A stretch of DNA of 25,333 nucleotides from a virus. Taxonomy: Duplodnaviria; Caudoviricetes. Each line of letters opens with the position of its first letter. The first letter of the stretch is position 1. The stretch is taken from positions 1-25,333 of IMG/VR virus record IMGVR_UViG_3300048009_000280; one strand, given 5' to 3'. Positions 1 to 9,062 of the stretch are shown one piece after another. The notes beneath the pieces are model-generated. The model searched no databases and was not told where the DNA came from. It worked only from the letters and a program-made list of their open reading frames with translations. The position numbers were made by a program, and so were the translations under genes.

Positions 1-2
1 TC

Positions 3-1709
3 CACTATGTTGTACCAACTCCAGAATTCCTTGAGATCAAGGACGCAGTAATGCGTGATGCTGAATTATTCAGTCCACTTGCTTGGCCAATGCTCATCGA
101 ACCTAATGACTGGACACATGAAAAATGTGGCGGTTACATCCTAAATGAGGTGATGCGAGGCCATGATATGGTGCGACGTGGTACGGGCGGATGTATACAG
201 GGAGAGAGACCTATTGAGTTCTTGAACCGAATTCAAAAGGTTGCTTACCGTCTAAACCCCTTTACTGTGGGTGTAGCGGAAGAACTAGATAGATTGGAAC
301 GAGCTGTCGGTAAGTTTCTCCCTATTATTCATCATGACTTACCTCCTAAACCTGTAGACATAGCAACTAATAAAGAAGCTCGTCATAGTTATAATAGACA
401 AGCTGCTGCTGTTTACAATCTACAAGCACAAGAGTTTAAGAAGTCATGTAGAACAAGAATGACAATGGAAGCTGTACAAAGATTTAAAGGTAAAGATAAA
501 TTCTTTATTCCTTGGTCTTTTGATTACAGAGGTAGAGCTTACCCAATCCCTGCATTCTTAACACCACAAGACACAGACTTTGGAAAAAGTTTATTGTCTT
601 TTGCTGAACCAGCTTACATAACTCCTGAAGCTGAAGACTGGTTAGCCTTTCAAGTAGCTACTACTTATGGTCTAGATAAAGCTACGATGCAAGAAAGATT
701 AGATTGGGTAAAGAATAATACTCATCTTATAACTTGTGTCGCTAGTGATCCTATCTTACACATTCACGACTGGGAAGCAGCTGATGAGCCATGGCAATTT
801 CTTGCAGCATGTGATGAGTATTATCATTGTGTGCTTAAGTGTGATCGTCATTTTACAAGCTTGCCTGTAGCTACAGATGCTACTTGTAGCGGGTTACAGA
901 TACTAGCAGGTCTTGCTAAAGATAAGAATACTGCTAGTCTTGTTAACGTATTACCGTCTGATAAACCACAGGATGCTTATGCTGTCGTCGCTCGTACTGC
1001 TACTCCTTTCTGCCCTAGTTCTATTCGTAATCATATGGATAGAAAGGTAGTCAAACGTGTTGTAATGACCGTACCTTACAATGCAAAACCTTTCTCTAAT
1101 CGTGGATACATCAAGGCCGCACTACTTGAAAAAGGTATTGAGATTGATAAAGATGACTTAACAAAAACTGTCATCGCTGTTAGAGATGCTATGGATGAGG
1201 TCGTACCTGGTCCTATGGCTGTCATGAGTTGGATTGAAAAGGAGGTTGCTAAAGCAATCGACATGGGTAAAACAGAACTAACTTGGTCTACACCATCAGG
1301 TTTTGTTGTTAATCAAAAACTTATGAAAAAAGAAGTTGTAACAGTTAAATTACAACTGCTTGGTCGTTGTGAGTTAGAAGTTGCTACACAAGATAGTGAC
1401 AAGGTTGACAAACAACATCACAAGAATGCAACAGCACCTAACTTAATTCATTCACTTGATGCTTCCCTTCTCCACTTCAGCGCATTGGCTTTCAATGCAC
1501 CGATCGCTCTCATTCATGATTCTGTATTGTGTCGTGCTACCGACATGTCTACTCTCAGTACAATTGTACGAGAGACATATATGCACCTCTTTGCCGAACA
1601 CAATTACTTGCAAGACTTTGCTAACCAAATAGGAGCAGAGTCTGATCCACCGATTATCGGAGATCTAGAACCTAGCTCCGTAATTGATTCCACTTATTTT
1701 TTCTGTTAA
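3..1709 (+). CDS. T7-like single-subunit DNA-dependent RNA polymerase (5'-truncated by window edge)
   Basis: Frame is open from base 3 (HYVVPTPEFLEIKDAV-M51...). Motifs DYRGRAY, DATCSGLQ (A), RKVVKRVVMTVPYNA (B), IHDS (C) and C-terminal YFFC. Confidence 0.98.
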   Translation, partial: HYVVPTPEFLEIKDAVMRDAELFSPLAWPMLIEPNDWTHEKCGGYILNEVMRGHDMVRRGTGGCIQGERPIEFLNRIQKVAYRLNPFTVGVAEELDRLERAVGKFLPIIHHDLPPKPVDIATNKEARHSYNRQAAAVYNLQAQEFKKSCRTRMTMEAVQRFKGKDKFFIPWSFDYRGRAYPIPAFLTPQDTDFGKSLLSFAEPAYITPEAEDWLAFQVATTYGLDKATMQERLDWVKNNTHLITCVASDPILHIHDWEAADEPWQFLAACDEYYHCVLKCDRHFTSLPVATDATCSGLQILAGLAKDKNTASLVNVLPSDKPQDAYAVVARTATPFCPSSIRNHMDRKVVKRVVMTVPYNAKPFSNRGYIKAALLEKGIEIDKDDLTKTVIAVRDAMDEVVPGPMAVMSWIEKEVAKAIDMGKTELTWSTPSGFVVNQKLMKKEVVTVKLQLLGRCELEVATQDSDKVDKQHHKNATAPNLIHSLDASLLHFSALAFNAPIALIHDSVLCRATDMSTLSTIVRETYMHLFAEHNYLQDFANQIGAESDPPIIGDLEPSSVIDSTYFFC

Positions 1710-2273
1710 ATGCCACGTCAAATCCACAAAACCGCACAGCCTGTAGTCCTTGAAGGTTATCAAGCTGTACTGAAACCAAGTAAGTTTGGTTATTCTCTTG
1801 CTGCTCTAGTTGATCAATCAATGGTTGATGTACTAGAAGATGATCGTGTTCAATCCCTTAAGTGGGCAGAAGCTAAACTGAAGAACCCTAAGCGTTCTAC
1901 TCTTAAGCCTGAACCTTGGGAAGAAGTTACTGAAGGACAATACAAAGTTAAGTTCTCTTGGAATGAAGAATCTCGTCCACCTGTTGTCGATACTGAAGGG
2001 ACAGTTATCGATGATGAGAATACACCTTTGTATGCTGGTAGTCGTGTTAAGCTTGCGTTCTACCAAAAACCCTACATCCTCCGTGATGGAGTTACGTATG
2101 GAACAAGCCTTAAATTGGTTGGTGTACAACTGGTGTCTCTCAATACATCAGCTGGTGTAGACACTGGTGATATGTCTGCTGAGAACGTTGCAGCACTATT
2201 TGGTAAGACTGAAGGGTTCAAAGCTGATGAGCCTAATGTAACGCCTTCTGAAACTGAAGAGGATGACTTCTAA
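1710..2273 (+). CDS. Single-stranded DNA-binding protein (T7 gp2.5-like)
   Basis: Follows RNAP. GTSLKLVGVQLV strand and acidic tail ending in Phe (ETEEDDF), typical of gp2.5. Confidence 0.92.
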   Translation: MPRQIHKTAQPVVLEGYQAVLKPSKFGYSLAALVDQSMVDVLEDDRVQSLKWAEAKLKNPKRSTLKPEPWEEVTEGQYKVKFSWNEESRPPVVDTEGTVIDDENTPLYAGSRVKLAFYQKPYILRDGVTYGTSLKLVGVQLVSLNTSAGVDTGDMSAENVAALFGKTEGFKADEPNVTPSETEEDDF

Positions 2274-2626
2274 TGGCATTTCGATCAGGACTTGAAGAAA
2301 GAGTTGCTGATCTTATGTGTGAGCTGGGTGTAAAATATGAATATGAATCTACTAAGGTTCCATATATCATCCAGCATATCTACACTCCTGATTTTCTATT
2401 ACCCAACGGGATATATTTAGAATGTAAAGGTTATTGGGAAGCTGAAGACAGACGTAAGATCAAGAACGTAAAAGAACAACACCCTGAACTTGATTTACGT
2501 ATGGTCTTTCAAGCACCATATAATAAAATTAGTAAAGGATCAAAGACGACATACGCTAAATGGTGTGACAAACATAACATACCGTGGACATCATTCCACA
2601 ATATCCCAATCGACTGGCTCCTCTGA
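2273..2626 (+). CDS. Endonuclease I / Holliday junction resolvase (T7 gp3-like)
   Basis: FRSGLEERVA, YTPDFLLPNG and LECKG (PD-(D/E)xK) motifs. Confidence 0.96.
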   Translation: MAFRSGLEERVADLMCELGVKYEYESTKVPYIIQHIYTPDFLLPNGIYLECKGYWEAEDRRKIKNVKEQHPELDLRMVFQAPYNKISKGSKTTYAKWCDKHNIPWTSFHNIPIDWLL

Positions 2627-4184
2627 GTTTGTAAGACATGCACCCTGCGATAGTTGTGGCTCATCTGATGGTAATAGTATTTATACAGATGGCCATGGCT
2701 ATTGTTTTGTATGTCATACTTACACTGATGGACAAGAAATAACAACACACATTCACACTAATTCTATTGTGCAAATCAAAGGCTCAGCCGAACGGTTGCA
2801 GAAACGCAAGATCAGCCAGAAGACTTGTGAGAAATTTAAGGTATATCGTGATGGAGATAAGCTAAGGTTTTACTATCATGATCCATCTGGCATTGTAAAA
2901 GGTGCTAAGATAAAAACTAAAGACAAACAATTTACTTACGAAGGAGAAACACCTGGTACATTCTTTGGTCAACATTTATGGGGAAGTAGTGGTAAGCGTA
3001 TAATCATCACAGAAGGTGAGTTAGATTGTGTGTCTTATGCAGAGCTATACCCAACTTGGCCTGTAGTATCATTACCCAGTGGTGCAGCAGGAGCCAAGAA
3101 AGCAATCCAAAAGAACCTGGAGTTCCTTCAAGGTTACAGCGAGATCGTACTTTGGTTCGATGCAGATGAACCAGGCCAGAAGGCTGCTGAGGAAGCTGCA
3201 AGTGTATTACCACCTGGCAAGGCTTACATCGCCCGTCTAGAGGCTTACAAGGACCTCTCAGAAGCCTTACAAGCTAGCGATAACAAGGCTATCGATGATG
3301 CATTCTTTAAACGTAAGGTATTTAGACCAGATGGTATTGTAGATGCTAAATCTTTACTTGAATTAGTTACCACACCACAACCACCAGCAGATTATGACTA
3401 CCCATTTCAAGGATTACAGTCAAAGCTTCACGGGATTAGGCGCGGAGAGCTTGTCACAATTACTTCAGGATCAGGCCAAGGCAAGTCGTCCGTGTGTCGA
3501 GACTTGGCTGCTCACTTGTTATCGAACGGAGAACGGGTTGGATACTTGGCACTTGAAGAGTCAAACCGCCGTACAGCTTTAGGTTTGATGTCTGCTGCTG
3601 TAGGTAACAACCTAACACTAGGAGAACATAGTCATGACACTCTTACAAAAGCGTTTGATTCCAGTATTAATAAGTGGAACCTTTATCTTTTCGATGGCTT
3701 TGGTAGTTTTGATCCTGATATCATTTATAACAGGATTGAATACCTAGCCTCAGGACTTGATTGTAAGATCATCTTCCTTGATCACCTATCCATTCTTATG
3801 AGTGGACTTGATGGTGATGAACGTAGGATGATAGATCAAACAATGACACGCTTACGTTCACTTGTTGAGCGTACTGGTATCGTATTATTTTTAGTTTCAC
3901 ATTTAAAACGAGGATCATCCGATCAAAACCATGAAGAAGGTGCACGTGTTACACTCGGACAACTTAGAGGAAGTGCGGCAATCGCTCAACTTAGCGATGC
4001 AGTTATTGGACTCGAAAGAAATCAACAGAGTGAAACTAAACACTCTGATACAATTGTTAGAGTTCTCAAGAATCGCTACTCTGGGGAAACAGGCATTGCT
4101 TGTCGATTAACTTATGACTTATCCACTTGTAAATTCAATGAAACAACAGCACCAGAAAACTTCGATCCATCGACCGACTTCTGA
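2565..4184 (+). CDS. Primase/helicase (T7 gp4-like); start codon uncertain
   Basis: Zn finger CDSC...CFVC, TOPRIM ITEGELD and WFDAD, Walker A GSGQGKS, FLDHL, LRGS, KNRYSG. No in-frame ATG precedes the Zn finger. GTG 2565 is the nearest standard start; the ORF track uses TTG 2490. Confidence 0.96.
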   Translation: MTNITYRGHHSTISQSTGSSEFVRHAPCDSCGSSDGNSIYTDGHGYCFVCHTYTDGQEITTHIHTNSIVQIKGSAERLQKRKISQKTCEKFKVYRDGDKLRFYYHDPSGIVKGAKIKTKDKQFTYEGETPGTFFGQHLWGSSGKRIIITEGELDCVSYAELYPTWPVVSLPSGAAGAKKAIQKNLEFLQGYSEIVLWFDADEPGQKAAEEAASVLPPGKAYIARLEAYKDLSEALQASDNKAIDDAFFKRKVFRPDGIVDAKSLLELVTTPQPPADYDYPFQGLQSKLHGIRRGELVTITSGSGQGKSSVCRDLAAHLLSNGERVGYLALEESNRRTALGLMSAAVGNNLTLGEHSHDTLTKAFDSSINKWNLYLFDGFGSFDPDIIYNRIEYLASGLDCKIIFLDHLSILMSGLDGDERRMIDQTMTRLRSLVERTGIVLFLVSHLKRGSSDQNHEEGARVTLGQLRGSAAIAQLSDAVIGLERNQQSETKHSDTIVRVLKNRYSGETGIACRLTYDLSTCKFNETTAPENFDPSTDF

Positions 4185-4374
4185 AAAACTGTATGAGTAC
4201 TACTCCTCTCAGACTTATGACTGGACTGAAGTCGAGGATCAAATGCATGACTACTACCTATCTGAATATTCTGAAGAGCTTGAGACTGGATTGAAACGAC
4301 CTAATCCTCCTACTGAGGAGGCAGTAAAACGTGCTAAGTTTGTTGATAAAACCTATCAATGGCAAGGACGTTGA
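4138..4374 (+). CDS. Small hypothetical protein between helicase and DNA polymerase
   Basis: Fills the 4184-4375 gap and its stop abuts the next ATG. ATG 4138 or 4114. C-terminal LKRPNPPTEEAVKRAKFVDKTY. Confidence 0.6.
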   Translation: MKQQHQKTSIHRPTSEKLYEYYSSQTYDWTEVEDQMHDYYLSEYSEELETGLKRPNPPTEEAVKRAKFVDKTYQWQGR

Positions 4375-4914
4375 ATGCTACTCTTTGATTTAGAAACTGA
4401 CGGCCTATTAAATGATGCTACCAAAATCCACTGTCTTTGCATCTACGACACCAACACTGAAAAAACAATGGTCTTTAATGATCAATCGTTTACGTCAGCT
4501 ACGCAGAAACAAGCGGCTGAACCTATCGTACGCGCTATCCAATACCTCGAAGACGCTGATTGTATTGTCGGTCATAACATTATTAATTATGACCTTAGCA
4601 TCATCAATAAGTTTTATCCATGGTTTAGACGTATTGGTGATTGCTTGGACACTCTTTTGCTTAGCCGTCTTTATCACCCGAACATGATGGAATGGGATAA
4701 ACAAAAGACTTGGCCTGGTATGCCACTTAAACTTTACGGATCACATTCACTAGCTGCTTGGGGTTATCGACTTGACGAAGCTAAAGGTGATTATTGTAAA
4801 GATACTGATTGGAAAGAGTGGTCACCAGAAATGGAAGACTACATGATACAAGACGTTACTGTAACTAAAAAACTTTGGACACACTTCCAACCATACCTGA
4901 ATGGGTTGCGTTAG
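4375..4914 (+). CDS. DNA polymerase family A, 3'-5' exonuclease domain (N-terminal part of a split gp5)
   Basis: ExoI FDLETDG, ExoII GHNIINYD, DTLLLSRL, HSLAAWGYRL, ExoIII YMIQDV. Confidence 0.95.
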   Translation: MLLFDLETDGLLNDATKIHCLCIYDTNTEKTMVFNDQSFTSATQKQAAEPIVRAIQYLEDADCIVGHNIINYDLSIINKFYPWFRRIGDCLDTLLLSRLYHPNMMEWDKQKTWPGMPLKLYGSHSLAAWGYRLDEAKGDYCKDTDWKEWSPEMEDYMIQDVTVTKKLWTHFQPYLNGLR

Positions 4915-6146
4915 AACATGACGCAGCAGAAATCCTCACAAAACAAGAACTACATGGATGGTATTTTGATGAACGCGCTGCATGGCAACTTACATCAACT
5001 CTCAGACAAGAGCTTGAAGAAACTTATCAATTACTACGTAACAGGCATCCTTACGTTGCCGGACCAATATTTACTCCTAAGCGAGATAATCGGACCCAAG
5101 GCTATGTCAAAAACGCTCCACTTACACGCCTTAAAGAACTAAATCCTACATCACGAGATCATATAGCATGGATCCTGCAAACATTTCATGGTTGGACTCC
5201 AACCCAGAAGACACCTACTGGGAAGCCTATCATCGACGAACCGATACTGAAGGAGATAGGGACAGAGATTGCCCTTGCATTCCTCCAGATTTTGACGATA
5301 ACGAAGATGCTTGGAATGATATCAGAAGGCGCGAACGCTTGGCTGAAGCTATCTACGACTGCTAATAGGATACATCATCATTGTTCTGTCGCTACTTCTA
5401 CCTTTAGATGTGCACACCGAAACCCAAACCTTGCCCAAGTTCCCAGTGACCCACGATTTAGACAACTTTTCTTACCATCTCCAGGTCAAGTCATGGTCGC
5501 TGCTGATTTGTCTGGGATTGAGTTACGTATGTTGTCTCATTTCCTTTCCAGATATGATGATGGACGATATGCAGACATCTTACTTAACGGAGACATCCAT
5601 CAAGTAAATGCTGATAAGATAGGTATCTCTAGGAAATTAGTTAAGACGGTAACTTATGCATTCCTATATGGTGCAGGTGACGAAAAAATTGGACACAGCT
5701 ATGACAAACTTCTTTCATCCACAAAAGCCAAGAAGAAAGGTAAGGAAATCAGAGAAGCATATATTAATGCAATTGATGGACTCGATAAACTCTTGGAGGC
5801 TATTAAGAAAGCTTCAGAACGAGGATATATCAAAGCTATCGATGGCAGAAAAATTATGGTGGATAGCCCACATAAAGCGTTAAACTACTGCCTTCAAGGT
5901 AACTCTGCCATCCTGGCAAAACGTTGGATGGTCATCAATCAACAAAACATTAAAGAATTAAATTTATGTTGTTCACAACTAGCTTTTATACATGACGAAT
6001 TGCAATTCGAGTGTTCCCCTGAACAGACAGCTGACTTATCAACATCCTTGGTATTTAGCAGTCTCGCAGCTGGAGAATACTACAACCTCAGAATCAGAAT
6101 CGACGCAGAAGCCAAAACAGGAAACAACTGGAGTGAAACCCACTAA
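4875..6146 (+). CDS. DNA polymerase family A, polymerase domain (C-terminal part of a split gp5)
   Basis: NPTSRDHI, PNLAQVP, motif A ADLSGIELR, motif B KTVTYAFLYG, motif C FIHDE. Lies in the -1 frame relative to the exonuclease ORF. Confidence 0.96.
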   Translation: MDTLPTIPEWVALEHDAAEILTKQELHGWYFDERAAWQLTSTLRQELEETYQLLRNRHPYVAGPIFTPKRDNRTQGYVKNAPLTRLKELNPTSRDHIAWILQTFHGWTPTQKTPTGKPIIDEPILKEIGTEIALAFLQILTITKMLGMISEGANAWLKLSTTANRIHHHCSVATSTFRCAHRNPNLAQVPSDPRFRQLFLPSPGQVMVAADLSGIELRMLSHFLSRYDDGRYADILLNGDIHQVNADKIGISRKLVKTVTYAFLYGAGDEKIGHSYDKLLSSTKAKKKGKEIREAYINAIDGLDKLLEAIKKASERGYIKAIDGRKIMVDSPHKALNYCLQGNSAILAKRWMVINQQNIKELNLCCSQLAFIHDELQFECSPEQTADLSTSLVFSSLAAGEYYNLRIRIDAEAKTGNNWSETH

Positions 6147-6274
6147 TGAGAAGTAAATCAATGATGGGATTACAAAACGTAATTCCGTTTACATCAAAGA
6201 AAACCCGTCAAGGTAACGGTTTGCATAGTAAGCCACGTAAAGGTAAAAAGAAATATAGAGGCCAAGGTAAATGA
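6146..6274 (+). CDS. 42-aa basic protein (MRSKSMMGLQNVIPFTSKKTRQGNGLHSKPRKGKKKYRGQGK)
   Basis: Translated by hand, below the ORF-track cutoff. Coupled by a TAATG overlap upstream and an ATGA overlap downstream, exactly filling the gap. Confidence 0.8.
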   Translation: MRSKSMMGLQNVIPFTSKKTRQGNGLHSKPRKGKKKYRGQGK

Positions 6275-7038
6275 AGTTATTTGTTGACGCAGATTACATT
6301 GTTTATAAGGCTTGTGCCTCTTGTGAGTCTGACTTAGACTTTGGTGATGATGTAATTGTAGTTGTCAGCAAATTCAGTGAAGCATACGCAGCAGTAAAAC
6401 GTGAACTAAATAAAATTAAAAATAAGTTCATGTGGGATGTTCCTGAAGTAGTTCTTTTCTTTAGTGATAGTACTAACTTTCGTAAAGAGATCATGCCTGC
6501 TTATAAAGGACATCGTAACCGCAAAAAACCTTGTGGATACAAACGTGTGATCAATGCTCTCAAAGATGAGTATGAAGTTATACTGATGAATACTCTTGAA
6601 GCAGATGATAGCATGGGTATTTACGCTACTGAATATCCTGGTAACATTATCGTCAGTCCTGACAAGGACATGCGACAGATACCTGGAACGCTCTACAACA
6701 TGGATGAAACCGTGAATGTGGATGAAGCAGAAGGACAACGTTGGCACCTCATACAGACGCTTGCAGGTGACCAGACAGATGGTTATGCTGGTGTACCTGG
6801 TATTGGTATCAAACGTGCTGTTGCTTTATTTGAAGAAAAAGGTTACACTTGGAAAACAGTTGTAGATGCTTTTGCTGAGAAGGCTCTTGGTGAAGACATT
6901 GCACTGCAAAACGCAAGACTTGCAAAGATCCTTACCACCGATGATTATGACTGGACCGCTAAACAACCAATCCTTTTTACCCCCTCCTCCAATTACAAAG
7001 TTGACAGTGGAGCAGGAATTCAAGATAAGAAGACTTGA
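6271..7038 (+). CDS. 5'-3' exonuclease (T7 gp6-like)
   Basis: VDADYIVY, NFRK...YKGHR, LEADD, SPDKD and GDQTDGYAGVPGIG (helix-hairpin) motifs. Confidence 0.96.
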   Translation: MKLFVDADYIVYKACASCESDLDFGDDVIVVVSKFSEAYAAVKRELNKIKNKFMWDVPEVVLFFSDSTNFRKEIMPAYKGHRNRKKPCGYKRVINALKDEYEVILMNTLEADDSMGIYATEYPGNIIVSPDKDMRQIPGTLYNMDETVNVDEAEGQRWHLIQTLAGDQTDGYAGVPGIGIKRAVALFEEKGYTWKTVVDAFAEKALGEDIALQNARLAKILTTDDYDWTAKQPILFTPSSNYKVDSGAGIQDKKT

Positions 7039-7213
7039 AGACCTACTACCTAAAGCTGATAAATCAGATATTATTACTTTATTTATGGCACTGCAACGTC
7101 AAAACTTTGCCTTAGCTAACACCGTATCCAACCTAGTAAAACAATGGCCGAATCCAATTCAACTGGACCCTCGCACTACCGAAGAGGAAATATCCAGGTT
7201 TGGGACTTTATAA
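6941..7213 (+). CDS. nblA: NblA-like phycobilisome degradation adaptor, overlapping both neighbours
   Basis: LTVEQEFKIRRLEDLL...IITLFMALQRQNFALANTVSNLVKQW matches the NblA pattern (L-S/T-x-EQ-x-F ... LxKxW, two helices). Start uncertain: ATG 6941 or 6947; ORF track gives 6866. Confidence 0.75.
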   Translation: MIMTGPLNNQSFLPPPPITKLTVEQEFKIRRLEDLLPKADKSDIITLFMALQRQNFALANTVSNLVKQWPNPIQLDPRTTEEEISRFGTL

Positions 7214-7443
7214 GAGACCAAAACCTCAACTACCACTTAGGCAATGCTGTCAAATACATCAGCCGAGCTGGTTATAAGGACAGTAAAACAGACGACCTAA
7301 AGAAAGCAATCCACTACCTTGAAAATGAACTTGAAAACACACAAAACGACTCTATTGGATCAAGCAAAAGAGTTCCGGGACGCTTACAATTTGCAAGTAT
7401 CTGGGATGAGTGGGAGACAGACCCAGAAATCTTTGATCGATGA
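7144..7443 (+). CDS. DUF3310 family protein (related to T7 gp1.7 nucleotide kinase)
   Basis: PSHY...GNAVKYISRAGYK...DLKKAIHYL signature. Confidence 0.85.
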   Translation: MAESNSTGPSHYRRGNIQVWDFIRDQNLNYHLGNAVKYISRAGYKDSKTDDLKKAIHYLENELENTQNDSIGSSKRVPGRLQFASIWDEWETDPEIFDR

Positions 7444-7702
7444 AGAATGGTCAGAGTTTCACGAAGCATTTCATTTTAAAAATGAACACGAACAACTAAA
7501 AGAACTTTGTGATCTTGTCTATGTGTGTTATCAGTTTGCTGCTAACGAAGGCTGGGATTTAGACAAAGCTATGGATCGTGTGCATAAATCAAATATGTCC
7601 AAACTAGATGAGAATGGACAACCTATTTATCGACCAGACGGTAAAGTCCTAAAGGGACCAAGCTACAAACCTCCAAACCTAACTGATCTACTCAATGACT
7701 AA
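7325..7702 (+). CDS. MazG-like / all-alpha NTP pyrophosphohydrolase
   Basis: EEWSEFHEA...KELCDLVYV, VHKSNMSK, RPDGKVLKGPSY. ATG 7325 (ORF track uses TTG 7319). Confidence 0.88.
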   Translation: MNLKTHKTTLLDQAKEFRDAYNLQVSGMSGRQTQKSLIDEEWSEFHEAFHFKNEHEQLKELCDLVYVCYQFAANEGWDLDKAMDRVHKSNMSKLDENGQPIYRPDGKVLKGPSYKPPNLTDLLND

Positions 7703-9062
7703 TTTAATCTCACGCACAGGACGTGTTCAATCATGGATCGATGATCCTACTCATCGCTTACCTGTCAGCTGCACTGTATTTGTAGTTGAAAATGAAATGG
7801 AAGGACCGAATGGTATTGAGGCTAGCTGGAGGTTTGCCTCTCATGCTCTTAGGTACGGCGCAGGTTGTGCTATCCATCTTTCTAAACTTGACCCAAAAGG
7901 TTATGTACGAAAGTCAGGTGTTACTGCTTCTGGTCCTGTAAGTTTTGGTAAAATTTATTCATCATTAAATGAAATACTTAGACGTGGGGGTATCTACAAG
8001 AATGGTGCGATTGTGTTGCACCTTGACTTATCCCATCCTGATGCTAGGGAGTTTATTACTGCTAGTAGATCCGAACTACCTTGGGTCAAACGATGCATCA
8101 ACATCACTGAAGAGTGGTGGAAGGATTGTACGTTCAAGGAAGAACTATTATTTGGAATCAAATCAGGTGACATCTGGCTCAACAAAGTAAAGTATGACAA
8201 TGAAGGAAATCGCATCAGAGGTAACGTCTGTCTCGAAGTATACTTGCCATCACGAGGTACCTGTCTACTACAGCATATCAATCTTGGAGCCTGTGAGTTC
8301 GATGACATCCCACGAGCATTTGTTGAAGGTATGTCCGAATTGTGCAGCCTACATAGTAGGACAGCTGTCGGAGATTCTGGAGAATACCTCTCGCCTGAAG
8401 TTGATAGACAGGTGGGACTCGGCATGCTTGGCCTCGCAAATCTCCTACGGAGGTACGGAGTAACTTACGATCAATTTGGACGTGCATTAGAACAATACAA
8501 CAACAAAGAAATTATCCGCTCTGCTGCTTATGAACTTGTCTCTCAAATTGCTTCAGGAGTTAACCAAGCAGCCACAATCGCTCGGATTAATAATATGGTT
8601 CGAGCCTTTGCTATCGCTCCAACCGCCAGTTGCAGTTATAGAAGCTTGGATCTGGATGGCTATACTTGCACACCAGAAATCGCTCCACCTATCTCGCAGA
8701 CAGTCGATCGCGACTCAGGTACTTTCGGAGTACAAACTTATAACTATGGTGACGTAGAGATCGCCTCTAAGGTAGGCTGGGAAGCTTACAAACGTGTTGC
8801 TGATGGCATCATGACTCTACTAGATACCACAGGGCTTCTTCACGGTTATAGCTTCAATTCATGGAGTGATATGGTAACCTACGACAATGCGTTCGTGGAA
8901 GAGTGGCTACGGTCCCCGCAAACAAGCCTTTATTATTCACTTCAAGTAATGAGTGATACACAAGATAAATCAGATGCATATGCTGCATTAGATGCAGAAG
9001 ATGTGGAGACTTATTTGGAGGACATTTTAAATGAACAAATTACATGCGATTGCCAAGAATGA
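7695..9062 (+). CDS. nrdA: Ribonucleotide reductase catalytic (alpha) subunit, minimal cyanopodovirus type
   Basis: PVSCTV, GNVCLEV (NxCxE), APTASCS, SLYY tyrosine pair, C-terminal CDC. Only 455 aa, with no ATP cone. Confidence 0.9.
   Translation: MTNLISRTGRVQSWIDDPTHRLPVSCTVFVVENEMEGPNGIEASWRFASHALRYGAGCAIHLSKLDPKGYVRKSGVTASGPVSFGKIYSSLNEILRRGGIYKNGAIVLHLDLSHPDAREFITASRSELPWVKRCINITEEWWKDCTFKEELLFGIKSGDIWLNKVKYDNEGNRIRGNVCLEVYLPSRGTCLLQHINLGACEFDDIPRAFVEGMSELCSLHSRTAVGDSGEYLSPEVDRQVGLGMLGLANLLRRYGVTYDQFGRALEQYNNKEIIRSAAYELVSQIASGVNQAATIARINNMVRAFAIAPTASCSYRSLDLDGYTCTPEIAPPISQTVDRDSGTFGVQTYNYGDVEIASKVGWEAYKRVADGIMTLLDTTGLLHGYSFNSWSDMVTYDNAFVEEWLRSPQTSLYYSLQVMSDTQDKSDAYAALDAEDVETYLEDILNEQITCDCQE

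Noticed and set aside
4412-5883. Alternate-frame + strand ORFs inside the DNA polymerase genes
   Set aside because: Short, nested in conserved coding sequence, with no motifs or initiation signals.
7994-8425. 143-aa minus-strand ORF (and other minus-strand ORFs in the track)
   Set aside because: Fully antisense to conserved genes with no recognisable protein features.
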